Shown piece by piece: positions 44,243 through 57,566 of a DNA stretch of 64,000 nt; position 1 is the first letter of the stretch, and every line of letters starts with the position of its first letter. This DNA is from Eledone cirrhosa (lineage: Eukaryota), in assembly GCA_964016885.1 (NCBI GenBank), contig OZ024740.1, positions 229,462,001-229,526,000 on the forward strand, read 5' to 3'. The translations under genes were made by a program, and so were the position numbers. Under the pieces are notes generated by a model, which ran no database searches, was not told where the DNA came from, and saw only the letters and a list, made by a program, of their open reading frames with translations.

Positions 44243-44465
44243 TAGAAGGGGTATTTAATTTGCTGGAAGTCCGACAAACATAAATGTTTATAACTTATTT
44301 AGAGCACTCAACAGTTTACTGGAGTAAATATTCAATGATATTAAATAAATGGAAACTATATTTATAAAACCATATTTATTTTGTTATCTTGGTTACCCTT
44401 GAAATATATATAATAAAATAAATATGGTTTTATAAATATAGTTTCTATTTATTTAATATCATTGT
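44240..44465. repeat. Fold-back copy of the 20600-20860 family
   Basis: Arms 44334-44394 and 44409-44464. Confidence 0.8.
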
Positions 44466-44481
44466 ATGTATATATATATAT

Positions 44482-45167
44482 ATGAATAAATTTAGTATTC
44501 ATCAGTGATCTTCCAACCTTCATTGGTATTTCATCGCTTTAAAGACCATATACCTCTGGTTGGTGCGAGCAACGGCTAAAGAAAGTCGTTGGGACACGTA
44601 AATAGGGGGAACGAGCGAGACAGTAAACATACAAAGATGGTAATGCAACGAAAGGTGAGGAAGAAGGAGTCAAGTCCCTGAAATCGATGAACATAAGTTC
44701 TGTGAAATCGTAGACGAGAGAGAATAAAGACCATCAAACCTGGTCGAAATGTGAGTGAGGAAAGAATCTCGCACAGGCCAAACGGGAGGAAGTAGGAGGG
44801 GGAGTAGTAGAGAGTGAGTGAGTGAAAGTGTGAGGAAGAGGCTAACAGAGAGAGTGACTGTTAGAGGGGGTAAAAGGAAGTGAGAGATGCAGAGAAAAGG
44901 CGAAGCCGTAAGAAAGAAACAGACGGGTCACAGCGGAGGAAATTATATATGAATATGAAAACATGGCGTGCTGCGTGGTTGCAAATGGGTTACATATGAA
45001 TAAATTTAGTCCTTCATCAGTGATCTTCCAGCCTTCATTGGTATTTCATCGCTTTAAAGACCATATACCTCCGGTTGGTGCGAGCAACGGCTAAAGAAAG
45101 TCGTTGGGACACGTAAATAGGGGCAACGAGCGAGACAGTAAACAATCAAAGATGGTAATGCAACGAA
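44482..45167 (-). mobile_element. Terminally redundant element with two rearranged-hammerhead repeats
   Basis: ~170-bp direct repeats at 44482-44653 and 44996-45167; (TA)n on both sides. Confidence 0.85.
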
Positions 45168-45453
45168 ATATATATATATATATATATATAAATACACACA
45201 CACACATGTATATATAGTATAGGCAGTACGGTGAAATACTGGTGTTGGTACTAAATCAAGTTCTATGCACAGGCAGAGTATATATAATAGAAAAAACGAG
45301 GAAGTTTCGTTTATATATGAAAAATATTTATTGCGTATCGCAGAGGATTGACTCAAGGTGACCCATGGGAGTTATGGACCCATTATATATATATATATAG
45401 ATAGATATACATCACGCATTTTCGCGCGCGCGCGCATATACACACACTCACAT

Positions 45454-45491
<38 letters not shown>

Positions 45492-45896
45492 GATTCGTGA
45501 CCCCAACGGCTGAACTCCTGCCGTTTCAATTGCTAGATCCGAACTGTTGAAACGGTAAGAGCTTAGCCGTCGGGGTCCCGAATCCTTAATATTACCCACT
45601 CTACCATCCCAAGTATCGAGTACTCTGGTGAGTAATGGTCTAACTGGTTTTTACTGCATAGACAATATGTTTCTCGAATACATCGTTCACTATACAAGAA
45701 AGAATAGCATTTATTACACAATGTTAACATATGTTTAATTAATTTGTGAAATTATTACATCTAGAAAGCGCTAATCCTGCAATATATATGCGCGCGAAAA
45801 TACACTCCAGAAGGTGGTTGAAGAAGTTTAGAAAGAGCGAGATGGGTTAGACTTATCTTCTACTGGGATTTGAGTTTTAGCATAGAGTCACATGCC

Positions 45897-46097
45897 TTTT
45901 CCAGCGCATCTCCCTTGCCATCCTCCGGGGAAGCGCCTTCTCTATTCTGTCCACCGGGAGCGTGGGGCGGCCAGCATGTGGGAGCCCATTTTGCTCATAA
46001 AACAGAGAGATGGGTAGGGCGAGAGAGATGAAGGTGATGACAGTGGGAGTTCGGCTCTTCTGTGGTCAGACCTGGTGTACAGCGTCAGTTGTCCATA
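45897..46097 (+). mobile_element. CRE-clade 3' end
   Basis: FQRISLAILRGSAFSILSTG followed by the shared 3'UTR. Confidence 0.75.
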
Positions 46098-46439
46098 AGG
46101 AGGTCATAAATTAAAAAGAAAATGAGTTACCGCAGTAGTTCTGGTAGTCGGATGACTTAATAAATACCTGTGTCTACTGAAGCAGAACATGTTTTCATTT
46201 TAAAATTTCAATTTATATTATCAGTTATTAATTCTACATCCACATCAAGATTGATTCTGTCACATGCCTTGCCTCGATAGGGAAAATACCTACTTGACGA
46301 AAGAAAGCCAATACATTCAGTCATTCATTGTAAATCCTATTAGAGCTTATTTAGATTAGAATTTCATTGATAGCTTGGTTGAGGGAGGGGATGGCAAGAG
46401 CTCCAGTGTCGTAGAAGAGGGGGTGGGTGAGGGGGATTG

Positions 46440-46632
46440 GGCTTTGGGCCTAGGGCAAGAGGGATGGAGTGCTGCGCCCCGCTGACAAGACGGCAAAAGC
46501 ATTCCCTCGGACGATGGCCAGTGACACCCGCTGCAACAGCCACCCAACCTCGCGGGGCTCCCTCCTTCAAGCGGTGCGCCGACACTCCGATCTTGCGGAG
46601 CAGCTCGGCAGTTCGGGGTCCAAGAGCGCCTT
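46440..46632 (-). mobile_element. CRE-clade RLE C-terminus, second subfamily
   Basis: GALGPRTAELLRKIG / EPREVGWLLQRVSLAIVRGNAFAVLSAG (one frameshift). Confidence 0.8.
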
Positions 46633-46952
46633 CATTATGATTCCTTTTGCAAGACCAGGAGATTCTTTTCGAAACCCAGGCCAGAATAAGGTGAAGTTGT
46701 ATATATTTTTTTACTGTATGTCTCAGTTGTTGATTTTCTTTGTATAACGATTATATATATATATCTTTCTTATATATATATATATATATATTTGGCGATA
46801 TTTGGCTGCGCTTTCAAACAACAAGCCTACCCGCCGTAAGCAACCAATCACATTCTTTCTAGCGTGACCACAGCCACATAGCGATTCTTAGCCATTTTTT
46901 AATCTAATTTTGGCGCGATCACGTTGGAAAACTAAATGTCTGATTTTGAGTT

Positions 46953-47031
46953 TGTCTCCTGATGAATCCTAACTCAAGACATTCCTATTAATTGGATGTC
47001 TAAAAATACGGATGAAACCATGGTAGAGATA
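46953..47031 (+). ncRNA. Type-I hammerhead ribozyme with long stem II
   Basis: TGTCTC-CTGATGA-ATCC..GGAT-GAAA-CCATGG-TA-GAGATA; CCAAT motif upstream at ~46854. Confidence 0.8.
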
Positions 47032-47309
47032 TAATTACGGTATGTACACATTTCTTCTAAGTTTAATTTTACACCTAATTGTGTATGGTTGATGGTATAT
47101 TTAGTCAGTTTCTACATGCTGTCGAAATGTTGGATAAATACTCTATTGCGGCCACCGCGAAGAGGCGACTTTCGGTTTTTTGTCGGAGTTTCTTCATAAG
47201 AGCCTTTCTTCTTATAGCTTGGTCTAATTGATTTTTTATATGGTTAATTATGCTAATTGGGAGAGGAAATGGTATATATTTTATCTAATAATTCTAAGGA
47301 CATGATTTA

Positions 47310-47377
<68 letters not shown>

Positions 47378-47569
47378 CGAAGGAAATGTGGTAAGGAACC
47401 AGGTGGACCATAACGCACCAAAGTACTCAATACTTAGGGTAGTAGAGTGGGTAATAGGAACGAGTATGTAGTCCAGGATTAGCCGTCGAAACGGCTTGAG
47501 CTCAGCCGTCGGGGTCCTACTCGTTCCTATATATATATATATATATATATAGCCCCCTCAATGGTGTGT

Positions 47570-48509
47570 GGATATGGTTCATGATGATGATAGTGGGTGG
47601 TGTTGGTGGTGATGGCAGTGATGGTATTGCGGGGATGGTGGTGATTGTAGTTGTTGTGATGGTGATGGTGTTGGTGGTTGTGATGATAGTGACGGTGAAA
47701 GTGGTCATGATAATGATGATGATGGTGGTGGTGGTGGTGGTGGTGGTGGTGGTGGTGGTGGTGATGATGGTGGTGATGGTGGTGGTGTTAGAGGTGAGGC
47801 TGAGGTAGTGGTTTTATGTTGGCGGTGATGCGATGGTGGTGGTGCTGATAATGATAGTGGTGGTGTTAGTGGTGGTGTTAGTGGTGGTGTTAGTGGTGGT
47901 GGTGGTGTGGTGGGGGGCATAGTGGTTTTATGTTGGTAGTGGTGGTGGTGGTAGCAGCGTTGTTGTTGTGGTGGTGGTGGTGGAGAAGGTGGTGTAGGTA
48001 GTGGTATTTAGAGTGATGTTGGTGGCGGTGGCGTGTGATAGTTGTGGAGTAGTGGTGGTGGTGGTGGTGTGTGTGTAGGGGGGGGGGTGAGCAATGATAG
48101 TTGCGCTTGTGTGTATGTATGGGGTGGTGGTGATGATAGTAGATTTAGGCGTGGTGATAGTGATGATGGTATTGTGAGGGGGGGGGTGATGGTAGTGATA
48201 TGGTGGTGGTGGTGGTGGTGGTGGTGGTGGTGGTGGTGGTGGTTAATGTGTGCTTCGGGAGTGGGATGGTGGCGGTAGTGGTGATGAAGTTCACGGTATA
48301 TGGACAGGATCATGGTGGTGGAGGTAAGCAATGACAGTGGTGGTGGAAGGGCTGATTGGGGTGGCGGAGGGTGTTTTGGCAGGTGGTTGGGGGTGGTGTT
48401 GGGGGGCGTGCGGCGGTTGTGGGGGTGGAAGATTAAGTCGTAAGTGAGGGAAGTGAAATATAAAATTGGGTTTTGTTGAACTTTTGTTTGGAGAGGAGGG
48501 TCATGCTGA

Positions 48510-48581
<72 letters not shown>

Positions 48582-48670
48582 CAGTGGCAGTGGTAGTGGT
48601 GGTGGTTGTAGTAGTAGTAGTAGTAGTGGTAGTAGTAGTAGTGGCAGTGGCAGTGGTAGTGGTGGTGGTT

Positions 48671-48720
<50 letters not shown>

Positions 48721-48837
48721 TGTAGTAGTAGTAGTAGTAGTAGTAGTAGCAGTAGTAGTAGTAGTAGTAGTAGTGACAGTGGTAGTGGTGGTGGTTGTAG
48801 TAGTAGTAGTAGTACTATAGTAACAGTAGTAGTGGTT

Positions 48838-48902
<65 letters not shown>

Positions 48903-48930
48903 GGTGGTGGTGGTGGTGGTGGTGGTGGTT

Positions 48931-48962
<32 letters not shown>

Positions 48963-48963
48963 T

Positions 48964-48997
<34 letters not shown>

Positions 48998-48998
48998 C

Positions 48999-49029
<31 letters not shown>

Positions 49030-49091
49030 ACAGTGGTAGTGGTGGTGGTTGTAGTAGTAGTAGTAGTACTATAGTAACAGTAGTAGTGGTT

Positions 49092-49138
<47 letters not shown>

Positions 49139-49217
49139 GGTGGTGGTGGTGGTGGTGGTGGTGGTGGTGGTGGTGGTGGTGGTGGTGGTGGTGGTGGTGG
49201 TGGTGGTGGTGGTGGTT

Positions 49218-49249
<32 letters not shown>

Positions 49250-49256
49250 GGTAGTT

Positions 49257-49324
<68 letters not shown>

Positions 49325-49334
49325 GGTAGTTGTT

Positions 49335-49398
<64 letters not shown>

Positions 49399-49433
49399 TA
49401 ATTGTAGTAGTAGTAGTGGTGGTCGTGGTAGTT

Positions 49434-49483
<50 letters not shown>

Positions 49484-49583
49484 TGTAATAGTAGTAGTGG
49501 TGGTGGTGGTGGTAGTTGTAGTAGTAGTAGTGGTGGTGGTGGTAGTTGTAGTAGTAGTAGTAGTAGTAGTGATGGTGGTAGTT

Positions 49584-49634
<51 letters not shown>

Positions 49635-49700
49635 TTGGTGGTGGTGATGTGGGTTTGTGGGTGACTGTGATAGTGGCATTTGTAGTTATGGTGACGGTGG
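47570..49700. repeat. GTG/GTA trinucleotide low-complexity block
   Basis: Direct inspection. Confidence 0.95.
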
Positions 49701-49947
49701 CGGTGCCCTGGCAGCGGTGACGGTGGAGGTTGTGGGATGCCTTTGCGGTGGAGCTGGTGGTGGGGTTTGTGTTGAGAATGAAAACAGGAAACTAGCTTTA
49801 TAGAAGAAGGAAAAATATATGAATAAAAAGAAAGAGAGAAAAGAAAAATTAGTGAGGAACGAAAGACAAAGAGAGAGTGTGAACTTTAATACGTAACGTA
49901 ATGAGTGAGGGTGTGTGTGTGTGAGTGAGGGTATATGAGCGAGGGTA

Positions 49948-50065
<118 letters not shown>

Positions 50066-50418
50066 CGGCGATGAATTAGTTTTGCGAGGTTTTTTATATG
50101 AAATCGTGTGTCGAAACAGATATTGTTATATTTGGGGAGGGTCATATTTGCGTAATATTGCCAGAATTAATAACAGAACACACTCACTGTTTGGTTGGTT
50201 TGGTTTTCGCTTCTCGCTGTCTTTTATATATATATATCTGCGATCTAACTTACATAATACCCTCGCTCATATATATATATACTTGTGTATAATGGTAGAT
50301 ACGGCGCTTCCATAGCATAGGCGGTATGCCAAAATTAGCATTCAATATTCAGCAGAGTAGAGTGTAGATAGTAGAAAGAAAACGAAAAATCAGTGATGCA
50401 TCTGGACTCAATTTATTG

Positions 50419-50509
50419 CGTGTTACAATTGTTTCGCCGGCAGGTAGCTCGAGACATGGTCCCTGTGTGGTTCTGGCTGATTCTACGGCTGCAGGTTCCT
50501 TCAGACACG
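50419..50509 (-). ncRNA. Type-I hammerhead, A9 variant
   Basis: CGTGT-CTGAAGG-long stem II-GAAA-CAATTG-TA-ACACG. Confidence 0.6.
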
Positions 50510-50729
50510 GGTAATTCGTTCGGAGCAAATTTTATCACTGGGGTGTTATCATAAAAAAACACCCTAAAAAAACTCCTCTTCCACTCTTGTCATGCCATTG
50601 GCTGTTGTTACTCCATGTCATCTTAAGTTCTGGTCACTATTTACTGCTACACGGGTCATCAGCCATTTTCCGTCCGACACACTTCAATGGAGTCATGCTG
50701 GGTTCAGTATCTCACACGTCTGTTCACAC

Positions 50730-51308
<579 letters not shown>

Positions 51309-51326
51309 TATATATATATATATATA

Positions 51327-51692
51327 TGAAAAAGTTTGTCCTCATCAGTGGCCATCCAACCGTCGTAGGCATTTCGTCGCATTAAAGGCCATATACCTCA
51401 GGTTGGTGCGAGCAACGGCTAAAAAAAAAAAAAAAAAAAAGTCGTTGGGACACGTAAATAAGGGGGACGCTAGGGTAAACGAACAAAATGGTTTAAGCAG
51501 CAGAAAGTGATGAAGAAGGAAACAAGTCCCAGATTTCTATGAATATAAATTCGGTGGAATCGTGAACGAGAGACTAAAGACCATCAAACCTGGTTGAAAT
51601 GTGAGCGAGGAAGGAATTTCGCACAGGTCTAACGGGAGGAAGAAGGGGTCTGGTCTGCGAATTCGGTAAACATAAGTTGTGTGAAGTCGCAG

Positions 51693-51758
<66 letters not shown>

Positions 51759-52200
51759 AAATTCATACCGGCTTGGCCAAGTGACCGCGAGAAAAGGATT
51801 ATGGACAGGTCAAACGGGAAGAAAGGGGAGGAGGAGAGGTAGTGACAGAGAGTGAGTGAGTGAAAGGTGAGGAAGAGGCTAACAGAGAGAGAGACTGCTA
51901 GAAAGGGTAAAGACACAAAGAACGAAACAGACTGGTGGCAGCGGAGGAAAAAATATATGTGTAAATATGATAATAATGGAGCTGCGGCGCTGCAAATGGG
52001 TTACATATGAAAAAGTTTGTCCTCATCAGTGGCCATCCAACCGTCGTAGGCATTTCGTCGCATTAAAGGCCATATACCTCAGGTTGGTGCGAGCAACGGC
52101 TAAAAAAAAAAAAAAAAAAAAAGTCGTTGGGACACGTAAATAAGGGGGACGCTAGGGTAAACGAACAAAATGGTTTAAGCAGCAGAAAGTGATGAAGAAG
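51327..52200 (-). mobile_element. Terminally redundant element with two rearranged-hammerhead repeats (divergent subfamily)
   Basis: ~193-bp near-identical direct repeats at 51327-51518 and 52007-52200. Confidence 0.85.
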
Positions 52201-52262
52201 ACAGAGAGAGAGAGATGGATGGATGGATAGATAGTAGAAAAAAAAAAAAAGTGAAAAACATA

Positions 52263-52430
52263 AGGCCAGAGCCATGTTGCATGGAAATCCGCCAGACACC
52301 ACACCAACTACTATACCCAATCCTTCCTACCCAGAGCGTTACACCCACCCACCTCCAAACTGCTTTCTTTTCTAAAGGCGTCGACTTAAACATTGTAGAT
52401 GGAACAACTCCGGCATCAATCTCACTGGTT
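52263..52430 (+). pseudogene. LINE (CR1/Jockey-like) ORF2 C-terminal fragment
   Basis: TNYYTQSFLPR resembles the terminal xxSFxPR motif. Confidence 0.4.
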
Positions 52431-52899
52431 ATAGAGGACTTGGAAAGCCCATGGCTCATTGATCTCAGAGGGTCTGTCAGAGCTAGGGGTCACTGGTCTC
52501 GAAGGGTTTATGAGGACTAGGTGTTGCCCGTCACAGAGAGCCTGTGAAAGCCATGGGTCACCGAGCGCTTGTAAGGATTGCTGGTGTGAGAGGGCTTACG
52601 TGGGTCACTGGTCTCAGAACGATTACTTGAGTCACTAGTCTCAGAGAGTATGTGAAGGTCATGGGTATTGCCTCTTCCTCCAGATCTAACAGATAAAAAA
52701 ATGACAATGAGAAAGTCACCCCCCCCCCCCCCCCCCATAATACTTAGTCGGAAGATGAAACATTGAGCCATTGACTCTTTTTAGGACGTCCGAGACTAAT
52801 AGGAGGGAGAGAGGAAGTTATATTTGGTAGGCATGACTGAAACAGAGTGAACTCCGATCAGATCAATGGTGATAAACCAGGAAACGATGAGGTCTACCA

Positions 52900-53040
52900 G
52901 CCAAGAACATGAGCAGCAGTCCGTCTGTAGGGCTTTCACGCAGTTTCTGTCTGACAAGGTTTTGGCCGGCCTGAGTCTATGATAGAACATACTTGCTCAA
53001 GATCCCGAGCACTGATATCGGACTGGAAACCTCGTAGATG
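52900..53040 (-). mobile_element. SINE family C fragment
   Basis: Minus strand TGAGCAAGT..ATAGACTCAGGCCGGCCAAAACCTTG..GAAACTG resembles a cephalopod SINE as I recall it. Confidence 0.5.
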
Positions 53041-53556
53041 AGAAATAATGTTAGTTTTTTTTACATCACAGCTACGTCTGCTCGAACTTATAGTTAACGA
53101 TGGAATTGAAATGTAAAAACGAAAGAAGGAAAGAAAGAATGAATGAATGAAAGTAATAAAGAAAGAAAGATTGAATGAAAGAAAGAAAGAAAGAAAGAAA
53201 GAGTGGAGGCGTGAGAAAAAAATCAAGTGTAAGACATGAAGAGATAGTTGATGAATGAATGAAAGAAAACATGAAATGGAAAGGAAGTAGGACAAAAAAG
53301 AAACAATGTAAGTAACGTGTTTGTGAAGGAGGAGAGGGAAAGAAACGTAAGGAATGAAGAGAAGGAAAGAGGTAGAGAATGACAATGAAAGAAGAGTGTT
53401 GGGGAAGGAGTGAAAAGCAAGCGTACGGAACATATATTAAAAGACAATAAAATAACGGAGTTTGTGAAAGAGAGAAACGAAAGGAGGCAGAAACACATAG
53501 TGAAAGAAAATGAGAAATATAGTTTGAGTGAATGAAAAGAAAGAGTAATAGACTCA

Positions 53557-54049
53557 TAATTGTTTCTACGTTTGGCACAAGGCCAGCAATTACCCAGTGC
53601 ATTACTGGTACTTTATTTTATCGACCCCGTAAGGATGAAAGGCAAAGCTAACCTCGGCGGGATTTGAACTCAGATTATAAAGGGAGGTAACTCTATGCTT
53701 CAAAGCATGGCGCCCGACCCTCTACCGATACTGCCAATCCACCGAGACTCATAATGAGAGACAATGAGAATAACATTTGTGAAGAAATGAAAAGAAAGAG
53801 CAGGCTAACGAAAGACAATCAGAATGAAGTTATGAAGAAGTGAAAAGAAAAAGCTCAGTGAAAGACAATAAGAATAATTGTTTCTACTTTAGGCACAAGG
53901 CCAGCAATTACCCAGTGCATTTATTTTATCGACCCCGTAAGGATGAAAGGCAAAGTCAACCTCGGCGGGATTTGAACTCAGATCGTAAAGGGACGTAACT
54001 GTGCTGGAAAGCATGGCGTCCGACCCTTTACCGATACTGCCAATCCACC
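53557..54049 (-). mobile_element. Two full SINE family A copies (53557-53744 and 53876-54049)
   Basis: TSDs AGACTCATAAT and GACAATAAGAATAAT. Confidence 0.9.
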
Positions 54050-54267
54050 GACAATAAGAATAATGTTAGTGAAGGAATGAACAAAAATAAGAAAGGAAAA
54101 TAAAAATTATGCAAGACGATGGAAAAGATGATGGCAATGGAGTGAAAGAAGGATAAATGAAAAAAAAAAATGAGAATAGATAGAATGAATGAGTGAAAGA
54201 GAATGTAAGACACAGATTAGAGGTTAGTAAAGGAGTGAAAATATAGGGGAGAAAAAAGAAAGGAACC

Positions 54268-54800
54268 GATCGTCAGATCGGTCCTAGGAAACAATGTTTC
54301 TTTTGGTCTTTCCATTGTTGATATCTGTCGGTCGTATCTCCTGACAGAAGAAAGGGACTGATCGCCAGATTTGACCAAGGAAACAATGTTTCTATTGGTC
54401 TTTCCATTGCTGACACTATCTGTCGCTCGTAACCATTGACAAAAGAAAGGAGCTGCTCGCTAGATTTGACCAAGGAAACAAAGTTCCTATTGGTCTTTCC
54501 ATTGCTGATACTATCTGCCGGTCACAACTCCTGGAAGAAAAAAGAGGTCGATCGCCAGATTTGACCAAGGAAACAAAGTTCCTATTGGACTCCCCATTGC
54601 CGATACTATCTGCCGGTCGCAACAGACGAGAGAGGACGATCATCAGATTTGACGGAGGAAACAAAGTTTCTATTAGTCTTTCTATTTCTGATACTAACTA
54701 TCGCTCGTAAACCTTGACCGAAGAAAGAAGCTAATCGCCAGATTTGACAAAGGAAACAATGTTTCCATTGGTCTTTCTATTGCTGATACTATCTATCTGT
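54268..54800. repeat. ~93-bp minisatellite, ~6 diverged units
   Basis: ATCGCCAGATTTGACCAAGGAAACAA recurs at 54361, 54551 and 54734, with intermediate variants. Confidence 0.9.
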
Positions 54801-55917
54801 TGGAACTCTTGACAAAAGGAGTAACGTGAAATAAAATATTTTACTGAGGAACACGCGGTGCCCAGTCTAGGAATTGAACCTACGATTTTTGACCATGTAC
54901 CTTTGTGTAATGAAGTAAACAAATAAAAGAAAATGGGAAATTACGGCGAGGAAAGAAAAGAAAGAAGTGAGAGAATGAGAATGACAGACGATGAGAAAGA
55001 GTTATAGAAAGGAGTTAAGAAATGAAAGAATAAAAGATTAAAAGGAATGAAAAAGTCAAAAAAAAGGAAAGAAAGTGGCGGGGGGGGGGGGGGGTAAATA
55101 GAGAAGAAAGATGAAATGAGAAATTGCTGGTGGTGGTGTTGGTGGTGGTTGTTGTTGTTGGTTGTGGTTGTGGTTGTAGTTGTTGTGGTGGTGATATAGT
55201 GTTGTAGTTGTTGTTTGTGGTGGTGGTTGTGATAGTAGTGTTGTTGTTGTGGTGGTTGTGGTTGTAGCTGGTGTCGTGGTGATATAGTGTTGTAGTTGTT
55301 GTTGTTTGTGGTGGTGGTTGTGGTAGTAGTTGTTGGTGTGGTCGTGTGATTGTTGTTGTTGTTGTGGTGGCGGTGGTGATATAGTATTATTGTTGTTGTT
55401 GGTGGTGATGGTTGAGGTTGTGGTTGTTACTGTTGTGGTGGTTGTATAGTGTTGTTGTTGGTGGTAGTTGTGGTTGTAGTTGTGGTTGTGGTTGTTGTTG
55501 TGGTGGTGGTATAGTGTTGTTGTTGTTGGTCGGTGTTGTGTTGATGTTATTCGTGATGATGACGGAGGGGGGGTGGTGGTGGTGGTGGTGGTGGTGGTGG
55601 TCTTGGTGACGGTAGTTGTTGTTACAGTGGTAGTGAGAAAATGAGGTGACAGTGGTTATTGGGTTGGTGCCTGTGATATGGTGACAGTGATGGTGGTGGT
55701 AGTGGTTGTGGTGCGGTTGGTGGCGGTGATGGTGGGGTGGTGGTGGTGGTGGTGGTGATGCTGGTTGTGGTGGTGGTGCTGGCTATGGTAGTGGTGGGAA
55801 CATTTCTTGTGTGACGACAGAGGCGAGGGAAAGGAAGGGGAAAAAGGGTTAGGAAGGAAATTTGGGGGCATATGTACGTATGTACGTATGTACGTATGTA
55901 TGTACGTATGTATGTAT

Positions 55918-55965
<48 letters not shown>

Positions 55966-56038
55966 TTGTATGTATGTTTGTACGTTTGTGAGTATGTGTA
56001 TTGATATATAAATTTATGTATGTGAATATACAAATATA

Positions 56039-56083
<45 letters not shown>

Positions 56084-56174
56084 ACATGTATATATATATA
56101 TAGATATATATATACATGTATGTATATATATATATATATATATGTGTATATATATATATTTATATATATACTTG

Positions 56175-56247
<73 letters not shown>

Positions 56248-56283
56248 ATACATATATATATATATACAAAGTCCACATGTGTA

Positions 56284-56324
<41 letters not shown>

Positions 56325-56688
56325 TTGCCTAGGACAGAGGCTTGAGATGTGTGAAGCAAGGCTGTGTGTTGTTACATGCTGGTGGTCTGTCTCTCTGTCT
56401 CCCCCCCTCTCTCTCTCTATCAATCCCCCTCTCTCTCTCTATCTATCTAAACCCCCCTCTCTCTCTATCTATCTAACCACCCCTCTCTCTGAAACCTGTC
56501 TGGTCGGCTTTGTTCCCGTCGTATGGGAACACAACGAAATTGATCGTAACACGAGAAAAGGGAGAAGGAAGGGAACAAAAACACCAACAGCAAAAAAGTT
56601 TACACTCTATTTCTCACATATACACACATATGTATTTCTGTGTGCCTGTGTGTGAGTGTATGTATGCATGTATGTATATATATCTATA

Positions 56689-56723
<35 letters not shown>

Positions 56724-56737
56724 GTTTATATATATAC

Positions 56738-56889
<152 letters not shown>

Positions 56890-56967
56890 TTATATATATA
56901 TATACGTTTATATATATATATATATAAAGTCCATATGTGTATGTGTGTATGTGTGTGTGTGTGTGTC

Positions 56968-57069
<102 letters not shown>

Positions 57070-57190
57070 TATATATGCACACATATATAGGATGTATACA
57101 TATATACGTATAAAGATATAGGTATGTGTGATATACACTTACCTACCTACCTATCTACATACATACATATAGATACATACATACGTGTGA

Positions 57191-57485
57191 AGGCGCATGG
57201 CTTAGTGGTTAGAGTGTTCGGTCCACGAAGGTAAGGTTGTGAATTTGGTTCCTGAACTAAGTAGCCACTTTCGTCCTTTAACATGACAATTTCTTTCCCG
57301 TTGCTCTAATGTAATCAACGAGCACAAATGAGTTGTACCTGCAATTACTGGTCTCATACATTTTGAATTTCCCTGAGAATTACGTTAACAGTACACGTGG
57401 TACACGTGTCTGTGGAATGCTCCACCACCGCATTCACGTTGACTTCGTGAGTGCGTTGTTCTGTCGGAACCGACGAAGGTCCAAT
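57191..57485 (+). mobile_element. Full SINE family B (tRNA-derived)
   Basis: GGCGCATGGCTTAGTGGTTAGAG A box; degenerate B box; shared 3' domain. Confidence 0.75.
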
Positions 57486-57487
57486 TA

Positions 57488-57561
<74 letters not shown>

Positions 57562-57566
<5 letters not shown>

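Noticed and set aside
44520-44610. HDV-like or pistol ribozyme on the plus strand of the terminal repeat
   Set aside because: Key helices contain A-C mismatches on the plus strand that are G-U pairs on the minus strand, and the required P1/P1.1/P2 arrangement could not be built.
54268-54800. Repeat-spacer-like array
   Set aside because: The intervening segments are homologous to each other, so this is an ordinary diverged minisatellite.
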